Shown here piece by piece: positions 29,101 to 46,429 of a DNA stretch of 64,000 nucleotides. The DNA is from a bacterium (lineage in GTDB: Bacteria > Electryoneota > Electryoneia > Electryoneales > Electryoneaceae). Position 1 is the first letter of the stretch; the number at the start of each line of letters is the position of its first letter. The notes beneath the pieces were generated by a model. The model did not search any database. It saw nothing but the letters and a program-made list of their open reading frames with translations, and was not told the DNA's origin. Position numbers and translations under genes: made by a program. Where the stretch lies: contig CAXXKJ010000001.1 of the NCBI GenBank assembly GCA_963675295.2, positions 64,001 to 128,000 of the forward strand, given 5' to 3'.

Positions 29101-30365
29101 AACGTCTCCGTCGAACCCTGGATCGTTCCCGTGTGGAAACAAGTGCCCGTGTCAGCTTGCTGACGCGGATAGGCATCAACGTGCCCGTGTTAAAAAACTT
29201 GCAAACGCGGATGATCCCTGCTGGCGAAGCCATCAGGGGCACATCAAAGGCAAGTGCCCGTGTCAGCTCGCTGACGCGGACCAACCGGATCTCGAATAGT
29301 CGTGAGTCAAGTGCCCGTGTTTGCTTGCAAACGCGGATGATCCGAAACGCGCTCTTTCTGATTGCATTGACCATGCTGACGTTCGTTGCCGGGCTACCGG
29401 TCAGAGCCGAAACCCGGTCCAAGGTCGGAACCTCTGCCGCGGTTTTCCTGCGCATCCCGGCAGGCGCACGCGGCAGCGCGCTCGGCAGCGCATACACCTC
29501 GATGGCGACAGACGCCTCGGTGATGTTCTGGAATCCCGGCGGAATTGCCCGTTTGCCCGGCTACCAACTGACGTTCGACCACACCGACTGGCTGCCCGGT
29601 ATCGACTACAGCTACATGGGCGCGTTCATGCCGGTCACGCCGGACATTTCGATGGGGGTGACCGCCGCATACCTGTCCACCGAAGCGATGGACATCACCA
29701 CCCCGGCCTACCCGATGGGCACCGGCGAAACCTATGACGCCGGCAGCCTCGCCGTCGGCGGGTCCATCGGCGCACGCCTGACCGACCGCTTCAGCATCGG
29801 CGGCACCGTCAAGTTCATCCAGGAACGCATCTACAATTCCACCGCGAACGGGGTCGCGTTTGACGTCGGCACGTTGTTCGACACCCCGTTCCACGGCATC
29901 CGTTTCGGTGTCGCAATCTCGAATGTCGGCACCCGGCTGCGGATGAACGGCGAAGATCTGAACACCCGCGCCGATGTCGCCCCTGACCAGTCGGGCAACA
30001 ACGAAACCGTCGTCAGTCAGCTCAAAACCGATAGCTTCGATCCGCCGATGGTCCTGAGGCTGGGTCTGTCCGGGGAAGCGTGGGAGAGCGATCAGGTACG
30101 GGTGACATGGCTGCTGGACGGCGTCAATCCCAACGACAACGCGCCGAGCATGAACCTCGGTCTCGAAGTCGGCGTGATCAACGACGCGCTCAACCTGCGC
30201 GCCGGATACAACGACCTGTTCCTCGACGAATCGATCCGGGGCTGGACCTTCGGCGCCGGGGTGAACTACGCCACCGGCGGACGCGTCTTCCGGTTCGACT
30301 ACGCGTACCAGGTGTTCGAGTATCTCGGCGGCGTGAATCGCTTTACGCTCAGTTTCCAGTTGTAG
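29097..30365 (+). CDS. PorV/PorQ-family outer-membrane beta-barrel (start 29097 or 29337)
   Basis: KVGTSAAVFLRIPAGARGSALG, FWNPGG, C-terminal FDYAY...RFTLSFQL; signal peptide begins at ATG 29337. Confidence 0.85.
   Translation: MKRLRRTLDRSRVETSARVSLLTRIGINVPVLKNLQTRMIPAGEAIRGTSKASARVSSLTRTNRISNSRESSARVCLQTRMIRNALFLIALTMLTFVAGLPVRAETRSKVGTSAAVFLRIPAGARGSALGSAYTSMATDASVMFWNPGGIARLPGYQLTFDHTDWLPGIDYSYMGAFMPVTPDISMGVTAAYLSTEAMDITTPAYPMGTGETYDAGSLAVGGSIGARLTDRFSIGGTVKFIQERIYNSTANGVAFDVGTLFDTPFHGIRFGVAISNVGTRLRMNGEDLNTRADVAPDQSGNNETVVSQLKTDSFDPPMVLRLGLSGEAWESDQVRVTWLLDGVNPNDNAPSMNLGLEVGVINDALNLRAGYNDLFLDESIRGWTFGAGVNYATGGRVFRFDYAYQVFEYLGGVNRFTLSFQL
29140..29343 (+). repeat. Four REP-like hairpins, CAAGTGCCCGTGT... 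family
   Basis: Copies at 29140, 29177, 29251, 29308; stems CCGTGTCAGC/GCTGACGCGG alternate with CCGTGTTTGC/GCAAACGCGG (second copy degenerate). Confidence 0.8.
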
Positions 30366-30499
30366 GAGAGTGGTGCCGGATTGTGAGATTCAGATCTCGC
30401 ATCACATGAACTCGACAAGCTGAACACAACCTATAGAACCGGGATCATGGCGTTCACCGCCGGTCCCCGGAACGACACATTTGCATGGGGAGAAGACTC

Positions 30500-32581
30500 A
30501 TGACATCGCTTCGGTCCACCGCCCTGGTCGCCCTCGCACTGCTCGTGCTGCTGACGATGTCCGCGTACGCGCAGGTCAATGTGACCGTCCGTTTCAACGC
30601 GGCAACCGTGCTCGACACACTCGACACGCATCATTTCGTGCAGATTCGCGGGGAAGTCACCAGCGGCAATAACACTCTGCCCGATGGCAACACGATCACC
30701 TGGGACAACGCGTCCGACCTGATCATGGACAACGTCGGCGGCGACTACTGGGAAATCACCTTCCAGATGGAAGAGGACGACACGCTGCTGTACAAGTTCT
30801 GGACCGGGTTCGATGAAAACACGGGCACGTCCGTCGTCTGGGATGGCTGGGAAGGTCCGCTGAGCAACAGCTTCGGCGTCGCCACGGACAACCGTGTTTT
30901 CATCAGCGGCAGCGAAGACACCGTGCTCGACATCCAGTACTACAACAGCTCCGAAAGCACGAAAGAACAGTACTGGCGTCCCTATGTCGAGGAACCGGAT
31001 TCGACCGCGTTCTACTTCCGGGTCAACATGGCCGGCTATGAAGAGATCGCCGAGTTTGATCCGGACACCGAAGGCCCGGTCACGGCCTACGGCAGCACAC
31101 CCCTCGCACCGAACGACAACTGGGACCTGCCGTTTGTCACGCTCACCCGTGAATCGACCACCGGCGTCGCCGCCTCCTTCTGGTCCGGCGTGGTCCAGGT
31201 CGCGAATGACGATCTCACCGCCGGTGAAACGCAAAATTACAAGTTTGTCTTCTACGACGAGAACACGAACGAAGTCTGGGAAAACAACATCAGCAACCGT
31301 TGGTTCGACATTTCCGACATGATCGCGGACGGCGAGGCGGACACCACGCTGCACTGGGTGTGGTTCGATGATCGCGCGCCGACCGGCCAGGAGTTGATCG
31401 AGACAACGGTCACATGGCTCGTCGATCCGGGCGCGTTAGAAGAACTCGGCTTCTTCGACCAGACCGTCGGCGACCAGTTGCTGATCTCCGGCCCGAACGG
31501 CTGGACCATCCCGGACCAGGCGATCGAAGTGATTTACCAGCCGCTGCTCGGCTACTGGATCGCGTCCGAGGACTTCACCCGTCAACCGGGTGACGTGCTG
31601 CAATACAAGTACGTCGTGCTGTACGATTCGTCCCGCGTGGACACGCTCAGCCCGAACTACTTCCCCGGCCTGCCCGGCGTGGAACTGTGGGAAGAACCGA
31701 GCTCAACCGGCGGCGCGAACCGGCTCTACACCATCCTCGACCAGGATGAACAGACCGTTCCCGGCGACTACAACTACGATTACCAGTTCTACAGCGGCAT
31801 TCCGCCGGAGGGCGTGATCGATGTGGACGAAGACATTCACTTCAGCATCGACATGGAGCCGGCCACCGATCCAGACGTCAACACCACCAACCCGTTGTTC
31901 CGGCCTGGTGTTGACACCGCGTACCTCTACTTCGAAAGCCCGGTGCTGATGCTGTCGCAGGGGTTGCCGGCGTACGAACACACCGTTGATCTCGAAGACC
32001 TGGATGGCGACGGCGTTTACACCACGACGATGGAGTTCGGGGCACCGTTCGTCTATCAGCTCGGCTACCGGATCGGCTACACGACGGATGACGAACCGGT
32101 GTTGAACGGCGGTGGCGTGGAACGTGGACGCCGGTACTACCAGTTCATCTGGCCGCAGTTCCATACGCCGGGTGGTGAAACGATCTGGTTTGACGAGTTT
32201 ACCCTGCGGACACTGGACTGGATGCCGTTCGACCTCACCGTCGAGGTTCCGCCGGACTTCTCGCAGGAGCAGGATGTGGACGAGTCATCCGCCAGCCGTC
32301 CGGACACCTGGTTCCTCGCCCCGGCGTATCCGAATCCGTTCAACCCGTCCACGACCATCGACTTCATCGTCGGCTCGCGTGAAAAGGTGACGGTCAAGGT
32401 GTACTCCGTTCTCGGCCAGGAGGTTACGACCCTGGTGAACGACGTCAAGGTGCCGGGTGCATACACCGCGGCGTGGAACGGTCAGGATGGGTCCGGCAAG
32501 CCGGTCGCGTCGGGTCTGTACTTCGTCCGCATGTCGAGCCCGAGCTTCCAGCAGGTTCGCAAGGTGACTCTGCTGCGATAA
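30500..32581 (+). CDS. Secreted multi-module (CBM-like beta-sandwich) protein with T9SS type A / FlgD-Ig CTD
   Basis: Signal peptide; Trp-rich repeated modules; CTD YPNPFNPSTTI...WNGQD..G..VASGLYF...KVTLLR; no catalytic motif recognised. Confidence 0.75.
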   Translation: MTSLRSTALVALALLVLLTMSAYAQVNVTVRFNAATVLDTLDTHHFVQIRGEVTSGNNTLPDGNTITWDNASDLIMDNVGGDYWEITFQMEEDDTLLYKFWTGFDENTGTSVVWDGWEGPLSNSFGVATDNRVFISGSEDTVLDIQYYNSSESTKEQYWRPYVEEPDSTAFYFRVNMAGYEEIAEFDPDTEGPVTAYGSTPLAPNDNWDLPFVTLTRESTTGVAASFWSGVVQVANDDLTAGETQNYKFVFYDENTNEVWENNISNRWFDISDMIADGEADTTLHWVWFDDRAPTGQELIETTVTWLVDPGALEELGFFDQTVGDQLLISGPNGWTIPDQAIEVIYQPLLGYWIASEDFTRQPGDVLQYKYVVLYDSSRVDTLSPNYFPGLPGVELWEEPSSTGGANRLYTILDQDEQTVPGDYNYDYQFYSGIPPEGVIDVDEDIHFSIDMEPATDPDVNTTNPLFRPGVDTAYLYFESPVLMLSQGLPAYEHTVDLEDLDGDGVYTTTMEFGAPFVYQLGYRIGYTTDDEPVLNGGGVERGRRYYQFIWPQFHTPGGETIWFDEFTLRTLDWMPFDLTVEVPPDFSQEQDVDESSASRPDTWFLAPAYPNPFNPSTTIDFIVGSREKVTVKVYSVLGQEVTTLVNDVKVPGAYTAAWNGQDGSGKPVASGLYFVRMSSPSFQQVRKVTLLR

Positions 32582-32612
32582 CGAGTTGCGTGGGTAGTTC
32601 CGTTCTGAACCA

Positions 32613-32657
32613 GCATCACGGGTGGTGTCTGTATCTCCCCATTTCCACCCGTGGTGC
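32613..32657 (+). terminator. Intergenic stem-loop (mRNA-stabilising or weak terminator)
   Basis: GCATCACGGGTGG / CCACCCGTGGTGC 13-bp stem, no U tract. Confidence 0.4.
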
Positions 32658-32659
32658 GG

Positions 32660-32674
32660 ACGGAACGTTTGCAT
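32660..32674 (+). promoter_or_regulatory. Possible secondary LacI-type operator
   Basis: ACGGAACGTTTGCAT shares AACGTTTGCAT with the 21032 palindrome; 25 bp upstream of GH53. Confidence 0.45.
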
Positions 32675-32699
32675 CGCTGTATACGACAGGAGTTGATGG

Positions 32700-34910
32700 A
32701 TGAACGCCCCGATTTTCACACGACGACGGTTACCACTGGCGGGCCTGCTGGTTACGCTGGCCCTGCTCGGGGCGTCCGCACCCGCTGTCGCGCAGGACGA
32801 GTTCATGGTCGGCGGGGATGTGTCCTCGCTCCGGGCTGTGCTCGACAACGGCGGCGTGTTTTACGACAGCGGCGAGGCCGGCGATCCGCTCGATATCCTG
32901 CAGGAACACGGTTTCAACTGGATCCGGCTCAAGATCTGGCACACGCCGGACGAACCGTACAATGACCTTGAACGCGTCACCCAGACCGCCGTCGAAGGCG
33001 TCGCCCAAGGCTACAAATTCCTCCTCGACTTCCACTATTCCGATACCTGGGCCGACCCCGGCACGCAGGACAAACCCGCCGCGTGGGAGGATCTCGAGTT
33101 TGACACGCTCGTGGACAGCGTCTACGAATACACCTACGACGTGATGACACACCTGCGGGACGCCGGCGCGATGCCGGACATGGTGCAGATCGGCAACGAA
33201 ATCGACTGTGGCATGCTGTGGCCGGACGGGAATGTCTGCGGCGGCAACAATGACCCCGAACACTGGAACAACCTCGCGACGCTGATCAACGCCGGCATCT
33301 CCGCCGTACATGACAGCGAAGGTCCGGATGATGACGTCAAGATCATGATCCACCACGCGCGCGGCTTCACCAGCTTCCTCGATAACCTGCTGCAGCTCGG
33401 CGTCGAGATCGACGTCTACGGCCGATCCTACTACCCGACATGGCACGGCGACCTCAGCGTACTGCAGGACAACCTGACCGATCTCGCGACCAACTACGAT
33501 CAGGACATCGTCGTTGCCGAAGTCGCCTACATGTTCACCACCGGCTGGAATGACAACGTGCCGAACGTGTTCTGGGAAGATGACGTCCTGCCCGGCTATC
33601 CGGCGACACCGGCGGGCCAGAACGCGCTGCTGTCCGAAGTGAACACCATTATCCGCACCCTGCCAGGCGACAAGGGTGTCGGCGCGTTTTACTGGGAACC
33701 GGCGTGGATCAGCACCCAGACGCTCGGGACACCGTGGGAGAACGCCTGCCTGTTCGATTTCGACGGCGAATCGTTGCCCGCAATCAATGCCCTCGCCTTT
33801 GACCCCGGCGACCTCGAGGTCAGCACCGTGACCATGACGTTCAACACCTCCACCGTCTGGGACACCTTGAACCCCGGCGACGTGCTGCAGCTTCGCGGCG
33901 AAGTGCGAGGGTTCACCGGTTCGACGCTGCCCGATGGCCGCGGCGTGTCCTGGGGTGACGATTCCGAGCTGTTCGCGTACAATATCGGTGGCGATTACTG
34001 GCGCATCGAGATCCCGATGTATGTCGGCGACACGCTCAGCTTCAAGTGCTGGACCGGCTTCGACATCGACACACCGACCAGCCTCCGCCTCGGCTGGGAA
34101 GGGCCGGTTGTCCCAGCGATCGATCCGGATGGCAACACCCGGCTCGTGGTCGCCGAAGCCGAAGATTACGAGGACGAACTGCAATTCCTCAACGGAGCCG
34201 GTTCGTCCGTGGGACAATACTGGCGACCGTACGACACCGATCCGGATTCCGTTGTCATCCAGTACCGCGCGAATGTCTTCCACCTGATGCAGGACGGCAC
34301 GTTCGATCCGGATGATGGCGACATGATCGGCGTGATCGGCAGCGATCCGTTGCCGCAGAACGAGCCGGTCCTGCTGACGCGCGAAGAGTTCAGCGTTGGC
34401 GGTGGATCGTTCTGGACGGGACACTTCAGCGTGCCACGCACGATGCTGCAGGATGAGTTCACGCAAACGTACCGTTTCGCCGTCGTCAACAATGACCAGA
34501 TCACGCTGACCGAGGACCAGGCGCGCGAACTTACCCTCGCTGCCGGATTTGCGGCGTCCGATACCACGCTGCACTGGGTCTATTTCAACGAAAACTTCGC
34601 CGGTGTGGATAATCCGCCTGCCGGACAGGCACGTACCCACACCCTGTTCAACGCCTACCCGAATCCGTTCAACGGGCAGGTCACATTGGAATTCACGCTC
34701 GCTTCACCCGGTGCTGCACAGCTCGTCGTGTACAACACGATGGGGCAGAGGGTGTGGTCATCGGCGGACGACCACTACTCAGCTGGAGCGCACCGGGTGA
34801 CGTGGAGCGGATTCGACAGCGCGAGCAACTCGCTGGCCTCCGGCGTGTACATGGTCAGCCTGAACGCCGGTGGGCAGCAGGTCAACCGGAAGATCGTGCT
34901 GCTACGCTGA
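32700..34910 (+). CDS. Secreted GH53 endo-beta-1,4-galactanase with CBM-like modules and T9SS-like CTD
   Basis: GGDVS, NWIRLKIW, DFHYSDTWADPG.Q, MVQIGNE, AEVAY, FYWEP, WENACLFDF; CTD YPNPFN. Confidence 0.92.
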   Translation: MNAPIFTRRRLPLAGLLVTLALLGASAPAVAQDEFMVGGDVSSLRAVLDNGGVFYDSGEAGDPLDILQEHGFNWIRLKIWHTPDEPYNDLERVTQTAVEGVAQGYKFLLDFHYSDTWADPGTQDKPAAWEDLEFDTLVDSVYEYTYDVMTHLRDAGAMPDMVQIGNEIDCGMLWPDGNVCGGNNDPEHWNNLATLINAGISAVHDSEGPDDDVKIMIHHARGFTSFLDNLLQLGVEIDVYGRSYYPTWHGDLSVLQDNLTDLATNYDQDIVVAEVAYMFTTGWNDNVPNVFWEDDVLPGYPATPAGQNALLSEVNTIIRTLPGDKGVGAFYWEPAWISTQTLGTPWENACLFDFDGESLPAINALAFDPGDLEVSTVTMTFNTSTVWDTLNPGDVLQLRGEVRGFTGSTLPDGRGVSWGDDSELFAYNIGGDYWRIEIPMYVGDTLSFKCWTGFDIDTPTSLRLGWEGPVVPAIDPDGNTRLVVAEAEDYEDELQFLNGAGSSVGQYWRPYDTDPDSVVIQYRANVFHLMQDGTFDPDDGDMIGVIGSDPLPQNEPVLLTREEFSVGGGSFWTGHFSVPRTMLQDEFTQTYRFAVVNNDQITLTEDQARELTLAAGFAASDTTLHWVYFNENFAGVDNPPAGQARTHTLFNAYPNPFNGQVTLEFTLASPGAAQLVVYNTMGQRVWSSADDHYSAGAHRVTWSGFDSASNSLASGVYMVSLNAGGQQVNRKIVLLR

Positions 34911-34932
34911 GTACGGCGCTGAACGAACCAAC

Positions 34933-36099
34933 ATGAGCCGAACGATGAAACGAATCGTCATCCTGATCCCACTGCTGGCCGCCACGCTGCTGTTCGGCTG
35001 TGCGCGAACGTCCGCGCCGGATTCCTCTGCCCCCGAGTTTCTCACCGGCGCGGACCTGTCGTCGCTGCCGCAGCTCGAGGATCATCATGCGGTCTTCTCC
35101 GATGATCAGGGCACGGCGGACGCGATGACGATCCTGCATCGGCACGGCTTCAACAGTGTTCGGCTCAAGATCTGGCACACACCCGAGCAGCCGTACAACG
35201 ATCTTGCCGGGGTTGCCGCGATGGCGAAACGAGCGGACGCGCTCGGCATGCATTTCCTGCTCGATTTCCACTATTCCGACTGGTGGGCTGACCCGCAGAA
35301 GCAGTACAAACCGGCGGCGTGGGATTCGCTCGATTTCGCTAAACTGGTGGACAGCGTTTACGCCTACACCCGCGCGGTCGTATCCACCCTCGACGGGCAG
35401 GGCACTCCGCCGGACATGGTGCAGACCGGCAACGAGATCCGGCCCGGAATGCTGTGGCCGGACGGACGTGTCGATGGCGACTACGACACCGCCGAACAAT
35501 GGGACAACCTCGCCGAGCTGCTCGCCGCTGCACGCAAGGGTGTGTACGACGGCCTATCCAACCCGGACGCTACCCGGTTGATGATCCATTTCGACAACGG
35601 CGGCAACAACGCCATCTGCCGTAAATTTTACGATTCGCTCGCCGTGCGTGAGACCGAGTTCGACGTCATCGGCCTGTCGTTCTACCCGAAATGGCATGGT
35701 CGGCTCGATTCGCTCGAGGCCAACCTCGCCGATCTCACCCAGCGGTACAACAAGGACGTGATCGTCGTCGAGGCGGCGTATCCGTTCACGATGGGCTGGA
35801 ACGATGACCAGGGCAACATCTGGGGCATGCCGGAGGATCTGCACGAAGGGTACGAGCCGACCATCGCCGGGCAGGCGGCCTATTTCGCGGGACTGCGGCG
35901 GATTGTCGAGTCTGTCCCCAATCATCGTGGCATCGGGCTGTATTACTGGGAACCGGCGTTGACCAGCGCGGATGCTTACAACTCGCCGTGGGAGAACGCC
36001 TGCCTGTTCGATTTTGACGGTGTGGCGCTGCCGGCGATGGACGCTTTCGCCGGACGGTGGACCCCCGAGAATCAACGCATCACCAGCGAGGCGGACTGA
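34933..36099 (+). CDS. GH53 endo-beta-1,4-galactanase, lipoprotein
   Basis: Lipobox LLFGC; GADLS, DFHYSDWWADP, VQTGNE, VEAAY, YYWEP; start 34933 or 34945. Confidence 0.92.
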   Translation: MSRTMKRIVILIPLLAATLLFGCARTSAPDSSAPEFLTGADLSSLPQLEDHHAVFSDDQGTADAMTILHRHGFNSVRLKIWHTPEQPYNDLAGVAAMAKRADALGMHFLLDFHYSDWWADPQKQYKPAAWDSLDFAKLVDSVYAYTRAVVSTLDGQGTPPDMVQTGNEIRPGMLWPDGRVDGDYDTAEQWDNLAELLAAARKGVYDGLSNPDATRLMIHFDNGGNNAICRKFYDSLAVRETEFDVIGLSFYPKWHGRLDSLEANLADLTQRYNKDVIVVEAAYPFTMGWNDDQGNIWGMPEDLHEGYEPTIAGQAAYFAGLRRIVESVPNHRGIGLYYWEPALTSADAYNSPWENACLFDFDGVALPAMDAFAGRWTPENQRITSEAD

Positions 36100-40916
<4,817 letters not shown>

Positions 40917-42027
40917 CATAGCGTCCACTCCGGTCACGGCCGATGTGTTCACGCACGGGACCACGCCCAAGGGGCGTGTCGCGCGCGCATTCCGGTTGTC
41001 GTTGACGGACGGTTCTTCCGTCACCATCAGCGAGTACGGCTGCTCGATGCTGTCGCTGCAGATGCCGGACGAGTCTGGTGAGATCGGTGAGACGATCCTC
41101 GGGTTTCCGTGGCTGCCCGGCTACCTGCGCGACACGAACTACCTCGGCGCGCTGATCGGACGTTACGCCAACCGTATCGCGCACGGGCGGTTCAGCCTCG
41201 ACGGCGAAACGTACGTCCTCAGCAACAATGAGGGCGGGCATCACTTGCATGGTGGCCGCCGCGGGTTCAGCCACCACCTGTGGCAGGGCGAGATCATCGA
41301 GCTGGACGGTTGCCCCGCGCTGCAGTTCGAACGTGTCAGCCCGGACGGCGAGGAGGGCTATCCCGGCGAACTGAGCTGCCGTGTCGTTTTCTCACTCAGC
41401 CCGGATCACGAGGTCGACGTTACGATCTCGTGCGAAACATCCGCGCCGACCGTCGTCAACCTGACGCTGCACCCGTATTTCAACCTTGACGAACCCGGCA
41501 CCTCGGCGATGGATCATCGGGTGCGCATTCACGCGTCCGAATTCCTGCCTGTCGACAATGGCATGATTCCGATCGGGGAACGGCTTCCTGTTGCCGAAAC
41601 GCCGTTCGATTTCCGTACCTTGCGCACACTCGGCGAGCGCATCGGGGAGGATCATCCGCAGCTTGCGATCGGGAAGGGCTACGATCACACCTTCCCGCTC
41701 GAGGACGCAGATGGCACGTTGCGTGAGGCGGCGGTCGTTCAGGCGGCACGCTCCGGGCGGTGGCTGCGAATCTTCACCACCGCGCCCGGCATTCAGCTCT
41801 ACAGTGGCAATCATCTCGGCGAAAGCGTGAACGGACACGACATCGTGCATCCGTATCGATCCGGCCTTTGTCTCGAGCCACAGGCATGGCCCGATTCGCC
41901 GAACCAGCCGGACTTTCCCGATACCACCTTGCGTCCGGGCGAGGAGTACGTACACCGAATTCGATACAGCTTCGGCACCGGCGAACTGGACTAATGTCCG
42001 CGCGTTGCGTGCAAGGCCACAGTCATA

Positions 42028-44671
<2,644 letters not shown>

Positions 44672-44688
44672 AAGAAGGATTTGCGCAC

Positions 44689-44999
44689 GCTCTCGGGCTT
44701 TCGTTCGGGCTGCTGACAGAAGTGGTGTGATCAGAAACTTGCCCTCGGACTTCAGTCCGGGTTGTAGAAAGTGTGAAGTAATTGTGAAGTCATGCCTTCG
44801 GGCTTTAGCCCGGGATTGACGTGCGTAGAAACACCATCCGTTTTCACGACCTCGGACTTTAGTCCGGGAAATATGATTCTGGTAAGATGCGGTTGCAGAA
44901 GTGCAAACATGGATTTCTTGACCCCGGGCTAAAGCCCGAGGGCATGAGTGCGGTGATGGTTTGGTTGGTGGATCATCCCGGGCTAAAGCCCGAGAGCAA
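44689..44999. repeat. BIME-like cluster of six ~23-bp hairpins
   Basis: Consensus GCCCTCGG(G/A)CTTTAG(C/T)CCGGG; four copies on + at ~44689, 44741, 44794, 44848 and two inverted at ~44922, 44976. Confidence 0.8.
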
Positions 45000-45036
45000 G
45001 AAGCCTGGGAAGTAGAAAACGAACTGGTTGCTAGAC

Positions 45037-46320
45037 ATGGCCATTAACAACATATACCCCCAGACCCGCTCGTCCCTCGCCAGCCTGTATCCCGGCGACG
45101 ACCACGATGATCAGCGCGCACGCTACACCGAGCTCGCCGCTTGTCTCGACAACCTCGCGCCCGGCGGCCCGGTGCCTGTCTTCATCAGCGCACCGGGACG
45201 GACCGAACTCGCCGGCAACCACACCGATCACAACCACGGCAAGGTGCTCGCTGGATCGGTGATGCACGACATGGTCGCGGCAGTACGCCCACGTGACGAC
45301 AACCGCATTACCTTGATCTCACGCGGGTACGATGGTGAGTTCACGGTCGATCTGTCGTCGCTGACACCGGTTCCCGCCGAACACAACAGCACCGAAGCGT
45401 TGCTGCGGGGGGTCGCAGACGGATTCCACAAACGGGGCTACGCCTATGGAGGCTTCGACGCCTGCCTCGATTCACAGGTGCCGGTGGGATCGGGATTGTC
45501 ATCGTCCGCCGCGCTCGAAGTGTTGATCGGTGGCATCTTCAACCACCTCTACAACGACCATCACATCGACGCGGTCGAGCTGGCGCAAATCGGTCAATAC
45601 GCCGAGAATACGCACTTCGGGAAACCGTGCGGCCTGATGGATCAGCTCGCATCCGCGGTCGGTGGCATCCAGTACATCGACTTCGCGGACGAAACCAACC
45701 CCGCGATCGAGAAGATTGACGCCGACTTTTCCAACGGGGGATTTGTGCTGGTGGTGGTCGATTCCGGCGGCAGCCACGCCGACCTGAGCCACGAATACGC
45801 CGCCATCCCGGCCGAGATGAACGCCGCCGCGAACCTGCTTGGCGCGGAGGTGCTGGGTGACCTGGACCCGCTTCGCGTCTGGCCACGGATGCGCGAGTTA
45901 CGTTCCGCGCAAGGTGACCGGGCGGTGCTGCGGACGCTGCATTTCTTCACCGAAAACCAGCGCGTCGAAGGGATGCGGGACGCCCTTCGCGATGGCAACC
46001 TCGACCGGTACCTCGAACTGGTCCGGCAGAGCGGGTGGTCATCCAGCCAATGCCTGCAGAACATCGTGCCTTCGTCCGGAGGTGGCCAGGATCAGCCGGT
46101 GGCGCTGGCCCTGGGCGCGAGCCAGGTGTTTTTCGCGCAACGCGGATGTGGTGTCTGCCGCATCCACGGCGGCGGGTTCGCTGGAACCATTCTCGCGTTC
46201 GTGCACGAGGACGACTTCAACGACTACAGCGACTGGATGGAACTGTACCTCGAGCACGGTTGTGTGCACGAACTCGCCATCCGTCCGGTCGGCGTTACCA
46301 GCGTAACGGTTGACGCGTAA
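45037..46320 (+). CDS. galK: Galactokinase
   Basis: SAPGRTELAGNHTDHN, PVGSGLSSSAA, GKPCGLMDQ, RIHGGGFAG. Confidence 0.95.
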   Translation: MAINNIYPQTRSSLASLYPGDDHDDQRARYTELAACLDNLAPGGPVPVFISAPGRTELAGNHTDHNHGKVLAGSVMHDMVAAVRPRDDNRITLISRGYDGEFTVDLSSLTPVPAEHNSTEALLRGVADGFHKRGYAYGGFDACLDSQVPVGSGLSSSAALEVLIGGIFNHLYNDHHIDAVELAQIGQYAENTHFGKPCGLMDQLASAVGGIQYIDFADETNPAIEKIDADFSNGGFVLVVVDSGGSHADLSHEYAAIPAEMNAAANLLGAEVLGDLDPLRVWPRMRELRSAQGDRAVLRTLHFFTENQRVEGMRDALRDGNLDRYLELVRQSGWSSSQCLQNIVPSSGGGQDQPVALALGASQVFFAQRGCGVCRIHGGGFAGTILAFVHEDDFNDYSDWMELYLEHGCVHELAIRPVGVTSVTVDA

Positions 46321-46429
46321 CGTATTTCAAGCGCCATTACTTTTTATCCAGCTTCTCGCAATTGCGGTACTACGTGCCGGTCGTTGTCGTACATTGTGCG
46401 AATGAGTCTATCGCTGGAAGGAGTGAATT

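Noticed and set aside
29140-29343. Mini CRISPR array
   Set aside because: Irregular spacing (37, 74, 57 bp), two alternating repeat types, no cas genes
44689-44999. CRISPR array
   Set aside because: Repeats are degenerate, switch orientation mid-array and no cas genes are in the window; REP/BIME-like cluster fits better
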